Of a stretch of 64,000 nucleotides of DNA, positions 39,023 to 49,620 are shown in pieces. The notes under the pieces are model-generated. The model was not told the origin of the DNA. It was given only the letters and a program-made list of their open reading frames with translations, and did no database searches. The DNA comes from Pelagomonas calceolata (lineage: Eukaryota). The translations under genes were made by a program, and so were the position numbers. Within the stretch, counting starts at the first letter, position 1, and every line of letters starts with the position of its first letter. The DNA lies in assembly GCA_918797485.1 (NCBI GenBank), contig CAKKNE010000005.1:1922001-1986000 (forward strand), read 5' to 3'.

Positions 39023-39288
39023 GTTCATGTTGGGGCGCGCGCCGACAATTTAAACTACATCTATGAGTCGAACCCGGATGGGTTCGGCGCCGCGCGCCAG
39101 TTCTCTCCTGGATAGCCGGGTTTTTCAGGCCTTTTTTTTAATTGCCGATATAGCCGTCCGATCGGCGTTCGTGAGCAGCTCGCAGTATATTTTTTGAAGT
39201 CGGTCTAGGCTACTGCGAAAGCTGACTGCATCGATCTGGGCCAAACCGAGCGGTACTTCACGCCTAGCAACCAACTGGCAGCCGTAGG

Positions 39289-41802
39289 ATGGCGCAAACA
39301 CCACCAAACGTCGCGCCGCTTCCTCAAGAACACGCGGAGCCGCTGCGCGCCGCGTCGTTGAAGACGACCAACGTCGTCGCGCGCCTTCGCGGCGAGGCGA
39401 CGCACGCGCGCGTCAGCGCCGCGCCGGGCGCCCCGAGTCCAGCCATCGCACGGCTTCGAGCGCGGCCGGAGAGCGCCGCGGAGGTCATCGAGGCGTCGGC
39501 CGACCCGGACGCGGCCGCGCGCGCCGTCGCGTACGTGGCGTTCGCGCCGTGGTCGTGCGACGGCCGGCTCGTGCTGCGCGCGCTCGCGGGCGCCCGGGGC
39601 CGGCCGGCGCACGGCCCCCTGCTCGCCGCGCTCGGCGCGCGGAGCGACGCCGCGGCCTGGGCCCGGACGCTCGGCGCGCCGCGGGGGCCGGCGGCGTTCC
39701 TGCGGGCGGCCGTCGCCGAGGCATCCTTATTGGCGTGCCCGGAGTGGCTCGTGGCCGAGGCCGCGGTGGCCCGCGACCGGCGTTTCTTCGGGGAGCGCGC
39801 GCTCGCGCCGGCCTTCGCCGCGGCGGCGCGGCCGGCCGCGGTCGGCGCCGACCTCGGCGCGGCCGCGCCGCCGCGGGCGGCGCCGCTGGCGCTCGCGTGG
39901 GCGTCGGCGGACGCCGCCGACCGCTTCGCGCGGAGCCGGCCCGACCGGCGCGCGGCGGCGCGGCGCGTCGCGGCCCTCCAGGGCGACCTGGCCCGGTTCC
40001 TCGACGCCTGCCGCGCGTGGCGGGCCCTGGACGCGGGGCGCTTCACGGGCGAGGCGCTCGACGCGCGGCGGCGGGCGCTGGCGGCGCCGCCGGCGCCGCC
40101 GGCGCTCGAGGGGCACTGGTGCGCCACGCGCGCGGAGCTGCGGGCCCTGGGCGACGCGGCCGACGACGGGCCGGCCGGCGACCTCGTCGTCGGCGCCGCG
40201 GGCGACGAGGGCGCCGCCGATGCCGCGGACACCGCGGACGCCGAGGCCCAGGCGCGGCGCGTCGCGCACGCCTGGGCCGAGGCGCGGCGGCGCCGCGCGG
40301 CGGTGCGCGCCGCGGCCGCGGCCCTCGCGGCGGCGACCACGGCGTCTCGCGGCGGCGCGCCCGCGGCGGCGCTCGCGACCGCGCGGTCTCAAGGCGCGCC
40401 CGCGGCGGCGCGGGCCGCGCCGCGCTACGCGCGGCCGACCGAGGCCTGGGCCGCGGCGCCGCGGCGCCGGTCGCTCGGCGACCTGCGGCCCGACGAGCAG
40501 CGGCGCTACTTCGAGGACATGCTGCGGCGGCCGTGGCGCGACGTCGACGCCGGCGCAGCCGCGCCCGCGCCCGCCGCGGCGGCGCCCGCGGCGACGCCGC
40601 CGCGGCCGCCCGCGGCCGCCTACGCGACCTTCACGGAGCGCGGCGACGCGACGCCGGCAGACGACGACGACACCGCGGACGAGGAGGACGACGACGCCGG
40701 CTTCGACCCGCTCGCCCTCACGCGGAGCTACTCCGAGCGCGCGGGCGGCTACGGCGACGAGAGCGACGGCGAGGCGGACGACGCCGCCCTCGCGTACGTC
40801 GAGTTCAGCGGCGGCGAGGACTCCGGCGACAGCGTCGACGCCGCCGCGCCGGCCGCGGCCTTTGACTCCGGGGACGACGCGGACGGCTCCGAGGACGACG
40901 CGGGCGCCGCCGGCGACTCGGACGACGGCACCGCGTCGACGGCGAGCGAGGCGGCCCCCCCGCCGGACGAGACGAGCGAAGCCGCGCCGCCGGCCGCCCC
41001 GACGCCGGACGGGCCGGCGACGGCCTACGCGGGCGAGCTCTTCACGAAGCACGCCGGCCACTGGTGCCGCGTCGCCGCGCGCCTCGTCGCCGACGTCGAC
41101 GGAGCGGGCCCGGGCCTCTTGGACGGGGACCGGCCGCTCGTTTTGTTGGACGGGTGCGCCGTTGCCGCGTCGCAGCGCACGGACCTGGGGGCGACGCCGG
41201 GCCGCTTCTTCCTGGCGGTCACGGACGCCGGCGGCGCGAGGCGCGAGCTCGCGTGCGCCTCGGTCGTCGAGCGTGACGTCTGGGTGAACGCCATGCAAAG
41301 CGCCCTGGACGCCTGGGCCGTCGCGGCGGCGGCCCGGGCGCCGGCCACGGCCGCGCCCGCCGCGCCGAAGCCCGCCGCGCCGAAGCCCGCCGCGCCGAAG
41401 CCCGCCGCGCCGAAGCCCGCCGCGCCGCCCCCGAACCGGCGCCAGTCGAGCCGCGAGGTGCGGGGCCTGGCCCTGCTCGCGCCGCCGGGCGTGCGCGTCC
41501 TGAAGCACTGCCGCCACGCGAAGCCCCACGCCTGCTTCGTCATGGTCGACGTGCACGGCGCGCACCTCGCCTGGACGAAGAAGCGCGCGCAGTCGCAGCA
41601 GGGCAGCGTGCCCATCGCGGAGATCTCCGACGTGACCGTGGGCCTCGCGACGGCGGTGCTGGCGCGCCACGGCGTGCCCGAGCGCGCGGACCGCTACCTG
41701 TCGATCGTGACGCGATTCCGCACGCTCGACGTGGAGTGCGAGTCGGTCGCCGTGCGGGACGACCTCGCGGCGGCGGTGGACTTCCTGCGGGACGTGGAGT
41801 AG
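39289..41802 (+). CDS. Ala-rich protein with two C-terminal PH-like domains
   Basis: GELFTKH..HW...ELACAS..ERDVWVNAM (PH) and VLKHCR...LAWT...SDVTVG...LSIVT..RTLDVECES (PLC-type PH); PAAPK repeats between them. Confidence 0.7.
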   Translation: MAQTPPNVAPLPQEHAEPLRAASLKTTNVVARLRGEATHARVSAAPGAPSPAIARLRARPESAAEVIEASADPDAAARAVAYVAFAPWSCDGRLVLRALAGARGRPAHGPLLAALGARSDAAAWARTLGAPRGPAAFLRAAVAEASLLACPEWLVAEAAVARDRRFFGERALAPAFAAAARPAAVGADLGAAAPPRAAPLALAWASADAADRFARSRPDRRAAARRVAALQGDLARFLDACRAWRALDAGRFTGEALDARRRALAAPPAPPALEGHWCATRAELRALGDAADDGPAGDLVVGAAGDEGAADAADTADAEAQARRVAHAWAEARRRRAAVRAAAAALAAATTASRGGAPAAALATARSQGAPAAARAAPRYARPTEAWAAAPRRRSLGDLRPDEQRRYFEDMLRRPWRDVDAGAAAPAPAAAAPAATPPRPPAAAYATFTERGDATPADDDDTADEEDDDAGFDPLALTRSYSERAGGYGDESDGEADDAALAYVEFSGGEDSGDSVDAAAPAAAFDSGDDADGSEDDAGAAGDSDDGTASTASEAAPPPDETSEAAPPAAPTPDGPATAYAGELFTKHAGHWCRVAARLVADVDGAGPGLLDGDRPLVLLDGCAVAASQRTDLGATPGRFFLAVTDAGGARRELACASVVERDVWVNAMQSALDAWAVAAAARAPATAAPAAPKPAAPKPAAPKPAAPKPAAPPPNRRQSSREVRGLALLAPPGVRVLKHCRHAKPHACFVMVDVHGAHLAWTKKRAQSQQGSVPIAEISDVTVGLATAVLARHGVPERADRYLSIVTRFRTLDVECESVAVRDDLAAAVDFLRDVE
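41356..41427 (+). repeat. 15-bp coding tandem repeat (CCCGCCGCGCCGAAG), about 5 copies, encoding PAAPK
   Basis: Seen directly in the sequence. Confidence 0.9.
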
Positions 41803-41841
41803 GTTTTAATTTGGTGTTTTCTTCAAGTTTATACACATCTA

Positions 41842-42549
41842 CTAACTCACGGCGCACGCGCACCCCCTCCGGTGCTTCGCGGCCTCGAGCGCGAGGTCCT
41901 CGGCCTCGATGCGGTCCGCGTCCGCCGTCCGGCCCGGGCCCTCGTCGTCGTCGACGACGACGCCGCCGAGGACCTTGTCGTGGAACGCGAGCTCGTGCGC
42001 CGTGAGGTCGACGCCCATCGCGTGGGCGCAGGCCTGGAAGACGGCGCGGGCCACGTTCTCGCCGGACCGCGCCGACGTCAGGTAGCCGCCGCTCAGCCCG
42101 CGGCCCCGCCAGAATTCGGTATGGCGCTCGTCCGTCACCTGGCGCAGACTCAACAAGTCGCACTTGTTGCCCACGAGGTACGTGTCCGGCAGCTTCCCGA
42201 CTTGCGCCGTGTGCCGGTCCGTGAACGCGCGCTTGACGGCGGCGAGCCAGTCGTCGCAGTTCTCGAGGCTGGTGTACGACGTGAGGTCGTAGACGACGAG
42301 CACGACCTGGCTCCTATATAAATACTTGGGCAGCATGAGCGAGCTGATGGACTGGCCGCCGATGTCCCAGATCTGCAGCCGCACGCCCTGGGCGCCGCGC
42401 AGCCGCAGCCGCTTCTCGAAGAAGTCGACGCCGACGGTCTGGTGGTAGCGCGGCGCGAAGCCCTCGGTGCGGAAGCGGGCGATCAGCGAGCTCTTGCCCA
42501 CGCTGCCGTCGCCGATCAAGACGATCTTGCACTGGCGGTCGAGGGCCAT
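41842..42549 (-). CDS. RAB28: Rab28-like small GTPase
   Basis: GDGSVGKS, QTVGVDFF, WDIGGQ (Rab28-type G3), GNKCD, SAR and C-terminal CaaX (CAVS). Confidence 0.9.
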   Translation of the reverse strand: MALDRQCKIVLIGDGSVGKSSLIARFRTEGFAPRYHQTVGVDFFEKRLRLRGAQGVRLQIWDIGGQSISSLMLPKYLYRSQVVLVVYDLTSYTSLENCDDWLAAVKRAFTDRHTAQVGKLPDTYLVGNKCDLLSLRQVTDERHTEFWRGRGLSGGYLTSARSGENVARAVFQACAHAMGVDLTAHELAFHDKVLGGVVVDDDEGPGRTADADRIEAEDLALEAAKHRRGCACAVS

Positions 42550-42727
42550 CTATATATTATGGTGTGCTGCCCCTGGTTGTGGCGCGATGCACCAGGGGTG
42601 GAGATGGGCTGCCCGGTGCGTGGCTGCCTCCTGTTGTGGTGCGATGCACCAGGCGCAGGGGTGGATTCCGAATTGCCTTTTTGCAAACCAGCGCGAACTG
42701 GGCTGCGGGCTCTCGAGCTCAAAATGT

Positions 42728-42753
42728 CTTGCTAGTGTCTTACGGCCGCTAGC
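42728..42753 (+). promoter_or_regulatory. Upstream motif CTTGCTAGTGTCTTAC-GGCC-GCTAGC
   Basis: Exact core at 42732-42743, about 180 nt upstream of the minus-strand Rab28 ATG. Confidence 0.7.
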
Positions 42754-43015
42754 GATGCGCCCTCCGGGACGCCATAGATAACGACAGTTTAGTTTATGGC
42801 GACCGGCCAAATAGGCTCCGGGCGTCCGGCCCGGGCGGGGGGGTGTACTTTCCGCGCTTTGTGCAGGCGCGGGCGGTATGGTCGTGGTGACTGGTGAGCT
42901 TCGACGTCAGCGTAGGGGGAGGGACGATGGGGACGATAATGATTTCCTCCGAATGCGAGGGCCCGGCGCGGATGGCGCGCGCCGAGAGCCCGCGCGGATG
43001 GGGCGACGGCGCGCT

Positions 43016-44111
43016 TCACGCCGCCGCGTAGACGTCGGCCGTGACGTCCGTCGGCGAGACCGTGCGGTGCGGGTCGTCCTCGACGCCATGCTTGCCGCGC
43101 AGGAGCGCGCGCGCGACCTCGCTATCATGATCGTCGAGGCCGCGCTTCGGCGCCGGCGGCGTCGCCGCGGACCGGTCGCCGCGCGGCACGTGCGGCGCGA
43201 CCTTCTCCAACAGACGCAGGCAGCAGTCCGCGAGCGCGTCGAGGGGCCGGGGCCCGAAGAGCCCCGCCGCCTGCAATTTTTCCGACCATTGGATAGCGGC
43301 GGCGCGCGGCGCGTCGTGCTCGCGCAGCGCCGCGAGGACGGCGGCGCCGGCGACGGCCGCGCGCGCGCCCACGAAGCCCAAATCGCGGCGCGCCGCGCGC
43401 GCGTACGCGAGCGCGCTCGCCTCCACTTTACTTTTGGCCGCGCCCTCGTACAACTCGACGAAGAGCCCCACGAACGTTTCAATGGCGGGCGGGTGGAGGC
43501 GCCACCGCAGGACGCAGAGCAGCTCGAGCTCGACGAGTCTTATGTCCTCGCGCGTGAAGACGCCTTCTGTTAATTGGCACAGGTCCGACGTCGTGAGCGG
43601 CCGCTGCTCCTCGACCTTCGTCGCGAGGAAGAGGCAGCCCACGCTCACGAGCTGGAAATTGAGGGGCGTGCAGGATTTTTGCGAGAGGTAGCGGTCGAGG
43701 TAGTCCGTCGCGGCGGCGACGGTGCAGCGCTCCAACTTAAAAGCCTGCTGGAGGCCCTCGAACCAGCCGACCATCTTCTCGCGCCAGGCCGGCGTGAAGC
43801 CGTGGCGCTGGACCGTGAGGGCGTAGTCGGGCGCGACCTGCGTCGGAGGCCGGGCGTGGGAAAATGCCTTTTAAAAACTCGCGCGGCGGCGGCGCGGGCC
43901 GGCGCGGGCCTCTTTCGTTGTGTGGTCGCGCCCGCGCGGCGGAGGCGTGACGCGGCCACGGTGAAAGGTGATTCCTGGCGCCGGCGCGGACGTCGCGGCC
44001 GTAGGCTTCGTCTATCTCGCCTAGCACGGCCAGGCGGCGCTCGGGCGTGTCTTGGATGATTGTCACGGTCGTCTCGTCGAGGTCTCGCGGTACCGTCTCG
44101 GGGCTCGCCAT
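43016..44111 (-). CDS. Cyclin (cyclin-box protein), two exons 44111-43992 and 43837-43016
   Basis: WREKMVGWF...AATDYLDRYLS...FQLVSVGCLFLATKVEE...ELELL..LRWRL; a 154-nt GT-AG intron (43838-43991) joins ORF 43737-44114 to ORF 43016-43774 in frame. Confidence 0.88.
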
Positions 44112-44443
44112 CAATTTCCTTAGGCTGCACTTTGAAATGGATATGGCTTTTGCCGCGCGGGGGCGCTAGCTCGCGGCGCCGTTGTCAGGGCGAGGACGGC
44201 TCTAAAGGGGTTCTTCTCGCGCCGTCTGTCTATACCTCTGTCGGCGGCCGCGCGCGCGTGCTCCGTCGCGCCTCAAAATCCAATCTCTCCAGAGCGAGCT
44301 GGCCCCAGGTATAGAAAATGTGAACCTGCAGGACTCCGTGGGGCTATGGCTACCAAAGACGCGCCGGACGGCTCCGCCGCGATTCCCCCGGGATTCCGGA
44401 CGGCCGCGCCGGCCCGCCGCGAAGAAGCACATTACACACAACA

Positions 44444-45511
44444 TTAGGCGAGCCGCCGCGCGAGCGACGGCGGCGGCGCGAGCACGCGCGACGGCACGGA
44501 CCCCTCCCCCGCGATGGTGATGGACCCGTCACCGAGGCACTCGCAGATCCCAAACGCCGTCTCGTGCGTCAGCGTCGCCTCCACCACCACATGGTGGATC
44601 CCATGATCATCGAGGGCATAGCCCCCCGAATGCGAATGCCCGGCAACAACGGCGACGACGTTGCCCGCCTCCCGCAGCACCTCGAGCACCTCGGGGCTGT
44701 CCCAGGCCACGTTCCGCCACGAGCAGCTCTCGTGGAAGAGCGGCAGGTGCGAGAAGACGACGCAGGGGCCCGGTGCCTTCGACAGCACCTCCGCCAGCCA
44801 CTTCCTCTGCGTTTCACCGACGGCGCCGTTGAACGGCACGAACCGCATCCCCTCGCCCGCCAACCCTTCAAAAAAGTTGCAGGGTTCATCTGATAACACG
44901 GGGTTCGGGTTCTTCTCTGTTAGTACTTTCGCCGCCGCTTTATAGCCGTGCGTGTGCTTCGGCAATGACGACGACGCCTCGTACGGATTTAGCACGATAA
45001 AAGTCCAGCCATCATGCACGAAGGCGTGGTACAGCTTACCCGAAGCGATGACATGGTTGTTGGCGTTGAGAGGACCCTCCACAAGCTGATCGGGCTCGAA
45101 GTTGTAGAGTTCGTGATTGCCGACGCAGTGGTAGTGCGTCACGGGACACGCGCCGAGCGCCTCCAGGACTTCATCGAGTGCTTTTTTAGAACGTGGTTTT
45201 TTACCTTTGAGGGCGCCGTAGCCGCCCGCGTTCTGGCCGTCAATGAGGTCCCCGAGCTGCGCGACGAAGTCGAGGCCGCGCCCCAAGCGCGCCTCTTCAA
45301 AACCTCGGGCTGCTCTACGTGCGCCGTCGAGCGAGCCTCGATAGAACCTCACCTCCGTGCCCGCGAAGTTCCGCGCGTCGTCGATGTCGCAATACTGCAC
45401 GTCGGCGACGACGCCGAACCGCACGCCGCGGTCGCAGCGCGTGTGTAAAGCTTGCGCGACGGCCAACGAAACGCAGGCGGCGGACCGGCGCACGAGCGTC
45501 GTGAGGACCAT
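44444..45511 (-). CDS. ADPRM: Mn-dependent ADP-ribose/CDP-alcohol diphosphatase (metallophosphoesterase)
   Basis: FGVVADVQY, QLGDLIDG, GNHELYNF, FNGAVG..Q..WL, SHLP and AGHSHSGGY motifs. Confidence 0.88.
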   Translation of the reverse strand: MVLTTLVRRSAACVSLAVAQALHTRCDRGVRFGVVADVQYCDIDDARNFAGTEVRFYRGSLDGARRAARGFEEARLGRGLDFVAQLGDLIDGQNAGGYGALKGKKPRSKKALDEVLEALGACPVTHYHCVGNHELYNFEPDQLVEGPLNANNHVIASGKLYHAFVHDGWTFIVLNPYEASSSLPKHTHGYKAAAKVLTEKNPNPVLSDEPCNFFEGLAGEGMRFVPFNGAVGETQRKWLAEVLSKAPGPCVVFSHLPLFHESCSWRNVAWDSPEVLEVLREAGNVVAVVAGHSHSGGYALDDHGIHHVVVEATLTHETAFGICECLGDGSITIAGEGSVPSRVLAPPPSLARRLA

Positions 45512-45839
45512 CGTGTTGCGGCGACGGCGTCTTGTGCTTCGGCTGGCGTGACGCTTGCTGGTTGCTCCTTGTGCTGCTTGCAGGTTGCCGCGAAGCCGAG
45601 TTATGCCTGCGCCCTGTGTTGCTGCTTGCTTTAAGCGCTCAAAGCTTGCAGGCGAGGGCCGGCTGTGCCTATATAGCCCCGCTTGCAAGAGCAATCGAGG
45701 CTGAAAACCCGTCAAGCTGCCGCGCGCGCTGCTCGTATTAGCCGCATTCGTGGTGCACCGCGCCCTGGGCTCGGGTCGGAGTCAGTACTATACACCCAAC
45801 ACCGCTGGCGTTGGCTGGGCGCCCGCCGCGCGTTCATCC

Positions 45840-46412
45840 ATGCACCTGCCAGTGCTCTTGCTTGCAGCCTGCGCGACGGCGCTGCAGATCCCGAGGCGGC
45901 CATTCCAGAGACGCTGCGCGCAGTGTACACCGGCGCGACCACTGCACCTCGGTCAGCGCGCCGGCGTATCGCGAGACGTCGCGCGGCACGCGTGGGGCGG
46001 CGGCGGCCGTGGCGGCTTCCCGCCGCCGCGGCCGCCGGGCGGCGGGTTTAACCTCGGCGCGCTCCTGCCGATCGCGCTGATCATCGCGTTCCCGGGCTTC
46101 TTCTTCGGACTGTTCAACACGTTCTTTCTAGCGGCCCTTATTCTGCCGCCCTTGCTCTCGTTCGGCTTCAACTTCTGGAAGGAACGAAATGTGATCGAAG
46201 CGCCGTGTCCGCAGTGCGGCCAGCTCGCCGCCGGCCTCAAGGGCCAGGGCTTCACGCAGTGCTTCGTCTGCGGCTCGCAGCTGAGCCTGCGCGGCGACGA
46301 GTGGCGCCTCCGGTCCAAGTACGAGGACGGCCCGCAGGCCGGCGGGTCGAAGTACGGCAAGGTCGACAACGGCGTCATCGACGTCGAGTCCGACGAGGTC
46401 ATCGACGTCTAG
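45840..46412 (+). CDS. Plastid-type membrane protein with a CPxC...CxxC zinc ribbon
   Basis: Signal peptide MHLPVLLLAACATA-L, two TM helices, CPQC...CFVC, C-terminal VIDVE repeats. Confidence 0.7.
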   Translation: MHLPVLLLAACATALQIPRRPFQRRCAQCTPARPLHLGQRAGVSRDVARHAWGGGGRGGFPPPRPPGGGFNLGALLPIALIIAFPGFFFGLFNTFFLAALILPPLLSFGFNFWKERNVIEAPCPQCGQLAAGLKGQGFTQCFVCGSQLSLRGDEWRLRSKYEDGPQAGGSKYGKVDNGVIDVESDEVIDV

Positions 46413-46592
46413 CGTAAAGTCGGCTTGCATGTAGTCTTGAGCGCGCGACCCCCGGGCGTGGGCCCGCGACACGGGGCCTCGGCGGACGGCCAGCGTTTCG
46501 GTCTATTGTGATAACGGTGCTAAGACCCTTGGGGCGAGACCCCGCGCTTGATCAGTATTGTTACGGTGCTAGGACTAGTGAGCGCTGCAGAT

Positions 46593-46620
46593 CCCTAGTG
46601 TCTTACCGGCCGCTGCTAAC
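46593..46620 (+). promoter_or_regulatory. Upstream motif CTAGTGTCTTAC-CGGCCGCTGC
   Basis: Exact core at 46595-46606, about 175 nt before the WD40 gene ATG. Confidence 0.65.
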
Positions 46621-46781
46621 TCGAGCTGCCCAAACCAGGCGTTGTCGGTGCGAGCCGTCCCGGGCGCGGCAGGGCAGCCACGGACAGCCGTACGCTACCG
46701 CACCTGGGGCCCAGCTTGGATCAAACCGCTTGGGGCAGCCCCAGCCCTGCCGACTCGTCGAGCTATAGCGCAGCGTAGGGG

Positions 46782-49565
46782 ATGGCGCCCGTCCGCTACC
46801 GCGCGCTGCCCGAGCCCGTCACGCTCCTGCCGCCCCAGACGAGTTCGCGACTCGCGCCGCCGCCGACCTGCGTCGCGCTGAGTGGAGACGGCACGCGCGC
46901 CGCGGTCGGCGTCGGGAGTTCACTATATGTGCTCGACCTCACGAAGGAAGACAAAAGCGCGTCGCAAGCGAAAGAGTTATTCCGAAAAGACCTCCCCGAC
47001 AAGCTCCACTGCGTGGCCTTCAGCGCCGACGATTCGATAATTGCGGCGGGCGACGCCTTCGGGCGGTGCCACGTCTTCCACGGGCACCACGGCAATTCAG
47101 TAAATGTCTTTCCCCACGTGCGGCCGGAGCGGCTCCTGAACAAGAGCGACGACGATTTGGCGCTGATGGAGCTCGCCGTGAATGGATTGGCCTTTTCGAG
47201 CGATACGCTCGCGACGTGCGGCGCCGACGGCGGCGTGTCGCTCTGGAGATTAGCATGCGGGACGCGGCAGCGGGAGCTGTACGCCGAGCTTCTAGACGAC
47301 CCGGACGACGACGAGAGGAGCGAGGCGGACAAGGCGAGAGATCGAAGGGTGCTCGGCTGGCTCTCGCCCGAGATGCGGACGATGCTGAAACCGGCCCCCG
47401 CGCCGGCCGGGTACATCTGCGCCTGCTTCTGCGGCGATAATTCTTTAGTGGTAGGAGGCGAGCGCGACGAGTTGCATGTGTGGGTGAGCACGGGCGAGTG
47501 GGCCGCGACACCACCAGAACCCTCCAAACAGTTAAAGGGCCACGACCAGTGGGTCGTGTCCATATCTTACAATAATGAAACGCTGGCCTCGCTCGACGTC
47601 GCCGGGTTGCTCATCCTGTGGAAGGATTTTGTACAGACGAAGCAGTTATGTGTCGGCGCGACGGGCGCGTCCGTACACTTGAGCGAGAAATGGCTGATCA
47701 CGGGCGGCGATTCTATGGTAAAGGTCTGGGACCTTCTGTCATTCACGTGCCGCCAGTCGTTCAAGGCGCACGAGCTGCAGATTATCAAAACGGCCGTGGC
47801 CTTCGATAAGGAGGGCGAAGGGTTTCAAGTAGCGACGCTCGGCGGCGACCGGCGGACGCTGCTCTGGCGCATGGACCAAGAAGCCTTGTGCGGCGAATGC
47901 GTCTTGATGGGGTTGAGTGGTCACGCGTGGAGGGACGACCCCGAGGCCGAGGTCGACGACGTGTGTGTCGTCGGTAGCAAGCTCGTGACGACGGACCGCG
48001 CGAAATTAAGGCTGCGTGTGTTCGATGGGGACGGCCGTTCTGGCAAAACATGTACGAACGAGAAGACGGGTTCAACGAGACCGCCATCAAGATTTGAAGT
48101 GATAGCGTCGAATAACGAGACGCTCGTCACGATCTGCGAAGAGGGGCGGTGCAGCACGTGGACGGTCGAGGACGACTTCACGCTGACAAGGTCCTGGGCC
48201 TACCACGGCGACCTGAGGCCGCGGAGTGTGTGCGCGACGTGGACCAACGGTCCGGTCTGCTCGTGCGACGTCGCCGGCAAATTGATAGTTGTCGATCCAT
48301 CGACGGGAGGCTTGCTGAACGACTTTGATGGGTTTGAGAGTAATGACGGCGGCTGGGCCTACGCTGATTTAGGGGGTATTGACGATGAACGGAGCTGGTG
48401 CCTCTGCTCTCATAGAGGGACGCGACTCGTGGCCTTCGACCCGGAGGAGAACGAGGCTTATGATCTCGTGGAGCTGCCGGGCCACTGCGGGACCATACAA
48501 AAGGTGGACTGCTGCGGCGTGCCCTCGGTGTCCTTTTTCGAAGAGAAGCAGTTGAGGGTAGTGGCCTTGGGGAGCGGCGGCGTGGCCTTCGCCTGGGCGC
48601 CCACGGCCGAGGTCGATGGCCTGAAGACGCGGGGCGGCCTCGTCGAGCTCGCGCTGCCGCCCGGGGTGCACGATGGTTCAGGAATCTCGGACCACTCGGG
48701 CCACGCCGCGGACCGCGCCGTGCAGCGAGTGATAGATGCCGTGAAGGATCGGCGGCAGGGCGTGCACCGCGCGCACGTGCAGCGCATGGAGCGGGCGGCC
48801 GAGAAGCGGAAGCCCCGGCGGCGCGTGGATTTGATCGGTGTTTCCAGTTTTGTGCACCACGCGAGGCACTGCGTGCTGGGCTGGTCGCAGCGGCGCGTCG
48901 GCGTGTGGTTTGATGATGATAGAAAAGATAAGGACCGGGCGACGACGCAGCGAATTAAATATAGACTGCGCCTCGTCGCGGACTTTGATGCAAGGACGCG
49001 GATCCAGCACGCCTACGTGCTTCAGTCGAAATTGTACGTCGTGACGCGACGGGGCTGGCTGCACCGCATCGACGTCGGCGAGGTGTTAGATGACGGTTTA
49101 CCGGTGGACGAGGCGGTGCTCCAGAGGCGCCGGTCGTCGATGATGGTGCGCGGGCGCCTGTCCGGCCGCCAGGTCGCGTGGGAGGAGCTCGAGGAGCCGA
49201 GCTCGCACGACGACGTGAACGAAGGCGACGCGTCGCCGCCGAAAGTCAACAGCAACCTCAGCTCGCTCATGCGCTTCTCGGAGAAGCGGCGCGAGACGCG
49301 CCAGGCGGACTTCGCGTCCATCGCGCGGGCCCGCGCGACGCGGCGGTCGATCAAGCCCGGCCGGCCCTCGGTGCTGCGAAGAGGCGTCCAGCAGGGGCGC
49401 CTCGCCGTGGCGAATGCGCCCGTGGCGCGCACGGGTGCTCAGGTCGCGCCGCGCGCGCGGCGCGAGTCCGCCGTCATCCGGGCGGGGCGCCTCGCGGACG
49501 AGGCGCTCGGGCGCGGGCCGGCGCTCGAGGAGATCGGCGAGGGGAGCGAGTCAGAGGAGGACTAA
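46782..49565 (+). CDS. WD40-repeat protein
   Basis: Repeats such as LATCGADGGVSLW, LKGHDQWVVSI, LITGGDSMVKVWD and ATLGGDRRTLLW. Confidence 0.85.
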   Translation: MAPVRYRALPEPVTLLPPQTSSRLAPPPTCVALSGDGTRAAVGVGSSLYVLDLTKEDKSASQAKELFRKDLPDKLHCVAFSADDSIIAAGDAFGRCHVFHGHHGNSVNVFPHVRPERLLNKSDDDLALMELAVNGLAFSSDTLATCGADGGVSLWRLACGTRQRELYAELLDDPDDDERSEADKARDRRVLGWLSPEMRTMLKPAPAPAGYICACFCGDNSLVVGGERDELHVWVSTGEWAATPPEPSKQLKGHDQWVVSISYNNETLASLDVAGLLILWKDFVQTKQLCVGATGASVHLSEKWLITGGDSMVKVWDLLSFTCRQSFKAHELQIIKTAVAFDKEGEGFQVATLGGDRRTLLWRMDQEALCGECVLMGLSGHAWRDDPEAEVDDVCVVGSKLVTTDRAKLRLRVFDGDGRSGKTCTNEKTGSTRPPSRFEVIASNNETLVTICEEGRCSTWTVEDDFTLTRSWAYHGDLRPRSVCATWTNGPVCSCDVAGKLIVVDPSTGGLLNDFDGFESNDGGWAYADLGGIDDERSWCLCSHRGTRLVAFDPEENEAYDLVELPGHCGTIQKVDCCGVPSVSFFEEKQLRVVALGSGGVAFAWAPTAEVDGLKTRGGLVELALPPGVHDGSGISDHSGHAADRAVQRVIDAVKDRRQGVHRAHVQRMERAAEKRKPRRRVDLIGVSSFVHHARHCVLGWSQRRVGVWFDDDRKDKDRATTQRIKYRLRLVADFDARTRIQHAYVLQSKLYVVTRRGWLHRIDVGEVLDDGLPVDEAVLQRRRSSMMVRGRLSGRQVAWEELEEPSSHDDVNEGDASPPKVNSNLSSLMRFSEKRRETRQADFASIARARATRRSIKPGRPSVLRRGVQQGRLAVANAPVARTGAQVAPRARRESAVIRAGRLADEALGRGPALEEIGEGSESEED

Positions 49566-49620
49566 CTTTGTTTTTGTTTCGTATACGCCATCGACGCGAC
49601 CCAGTAGCGAACGATTAAAT

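Noticed and set aside
39324..41670. Long antisense/alternate-frame ORFs (e.g. 39727-41670, 59715-61499, 54026-55564, 3176-4174)
   Set aside because: Arg/Ala/Gly-rich shadow ORFs caused by stop-codon scarcity at very high GC; they overlap well-supported genes
22280..42549. WDR19 + RAB28 as a ciliary gene cluster, or plastid/glycolytic genes as a metabolic cluster
   Set aside because: Separated by many unrelated genes; ordinary eukaryotic gene order
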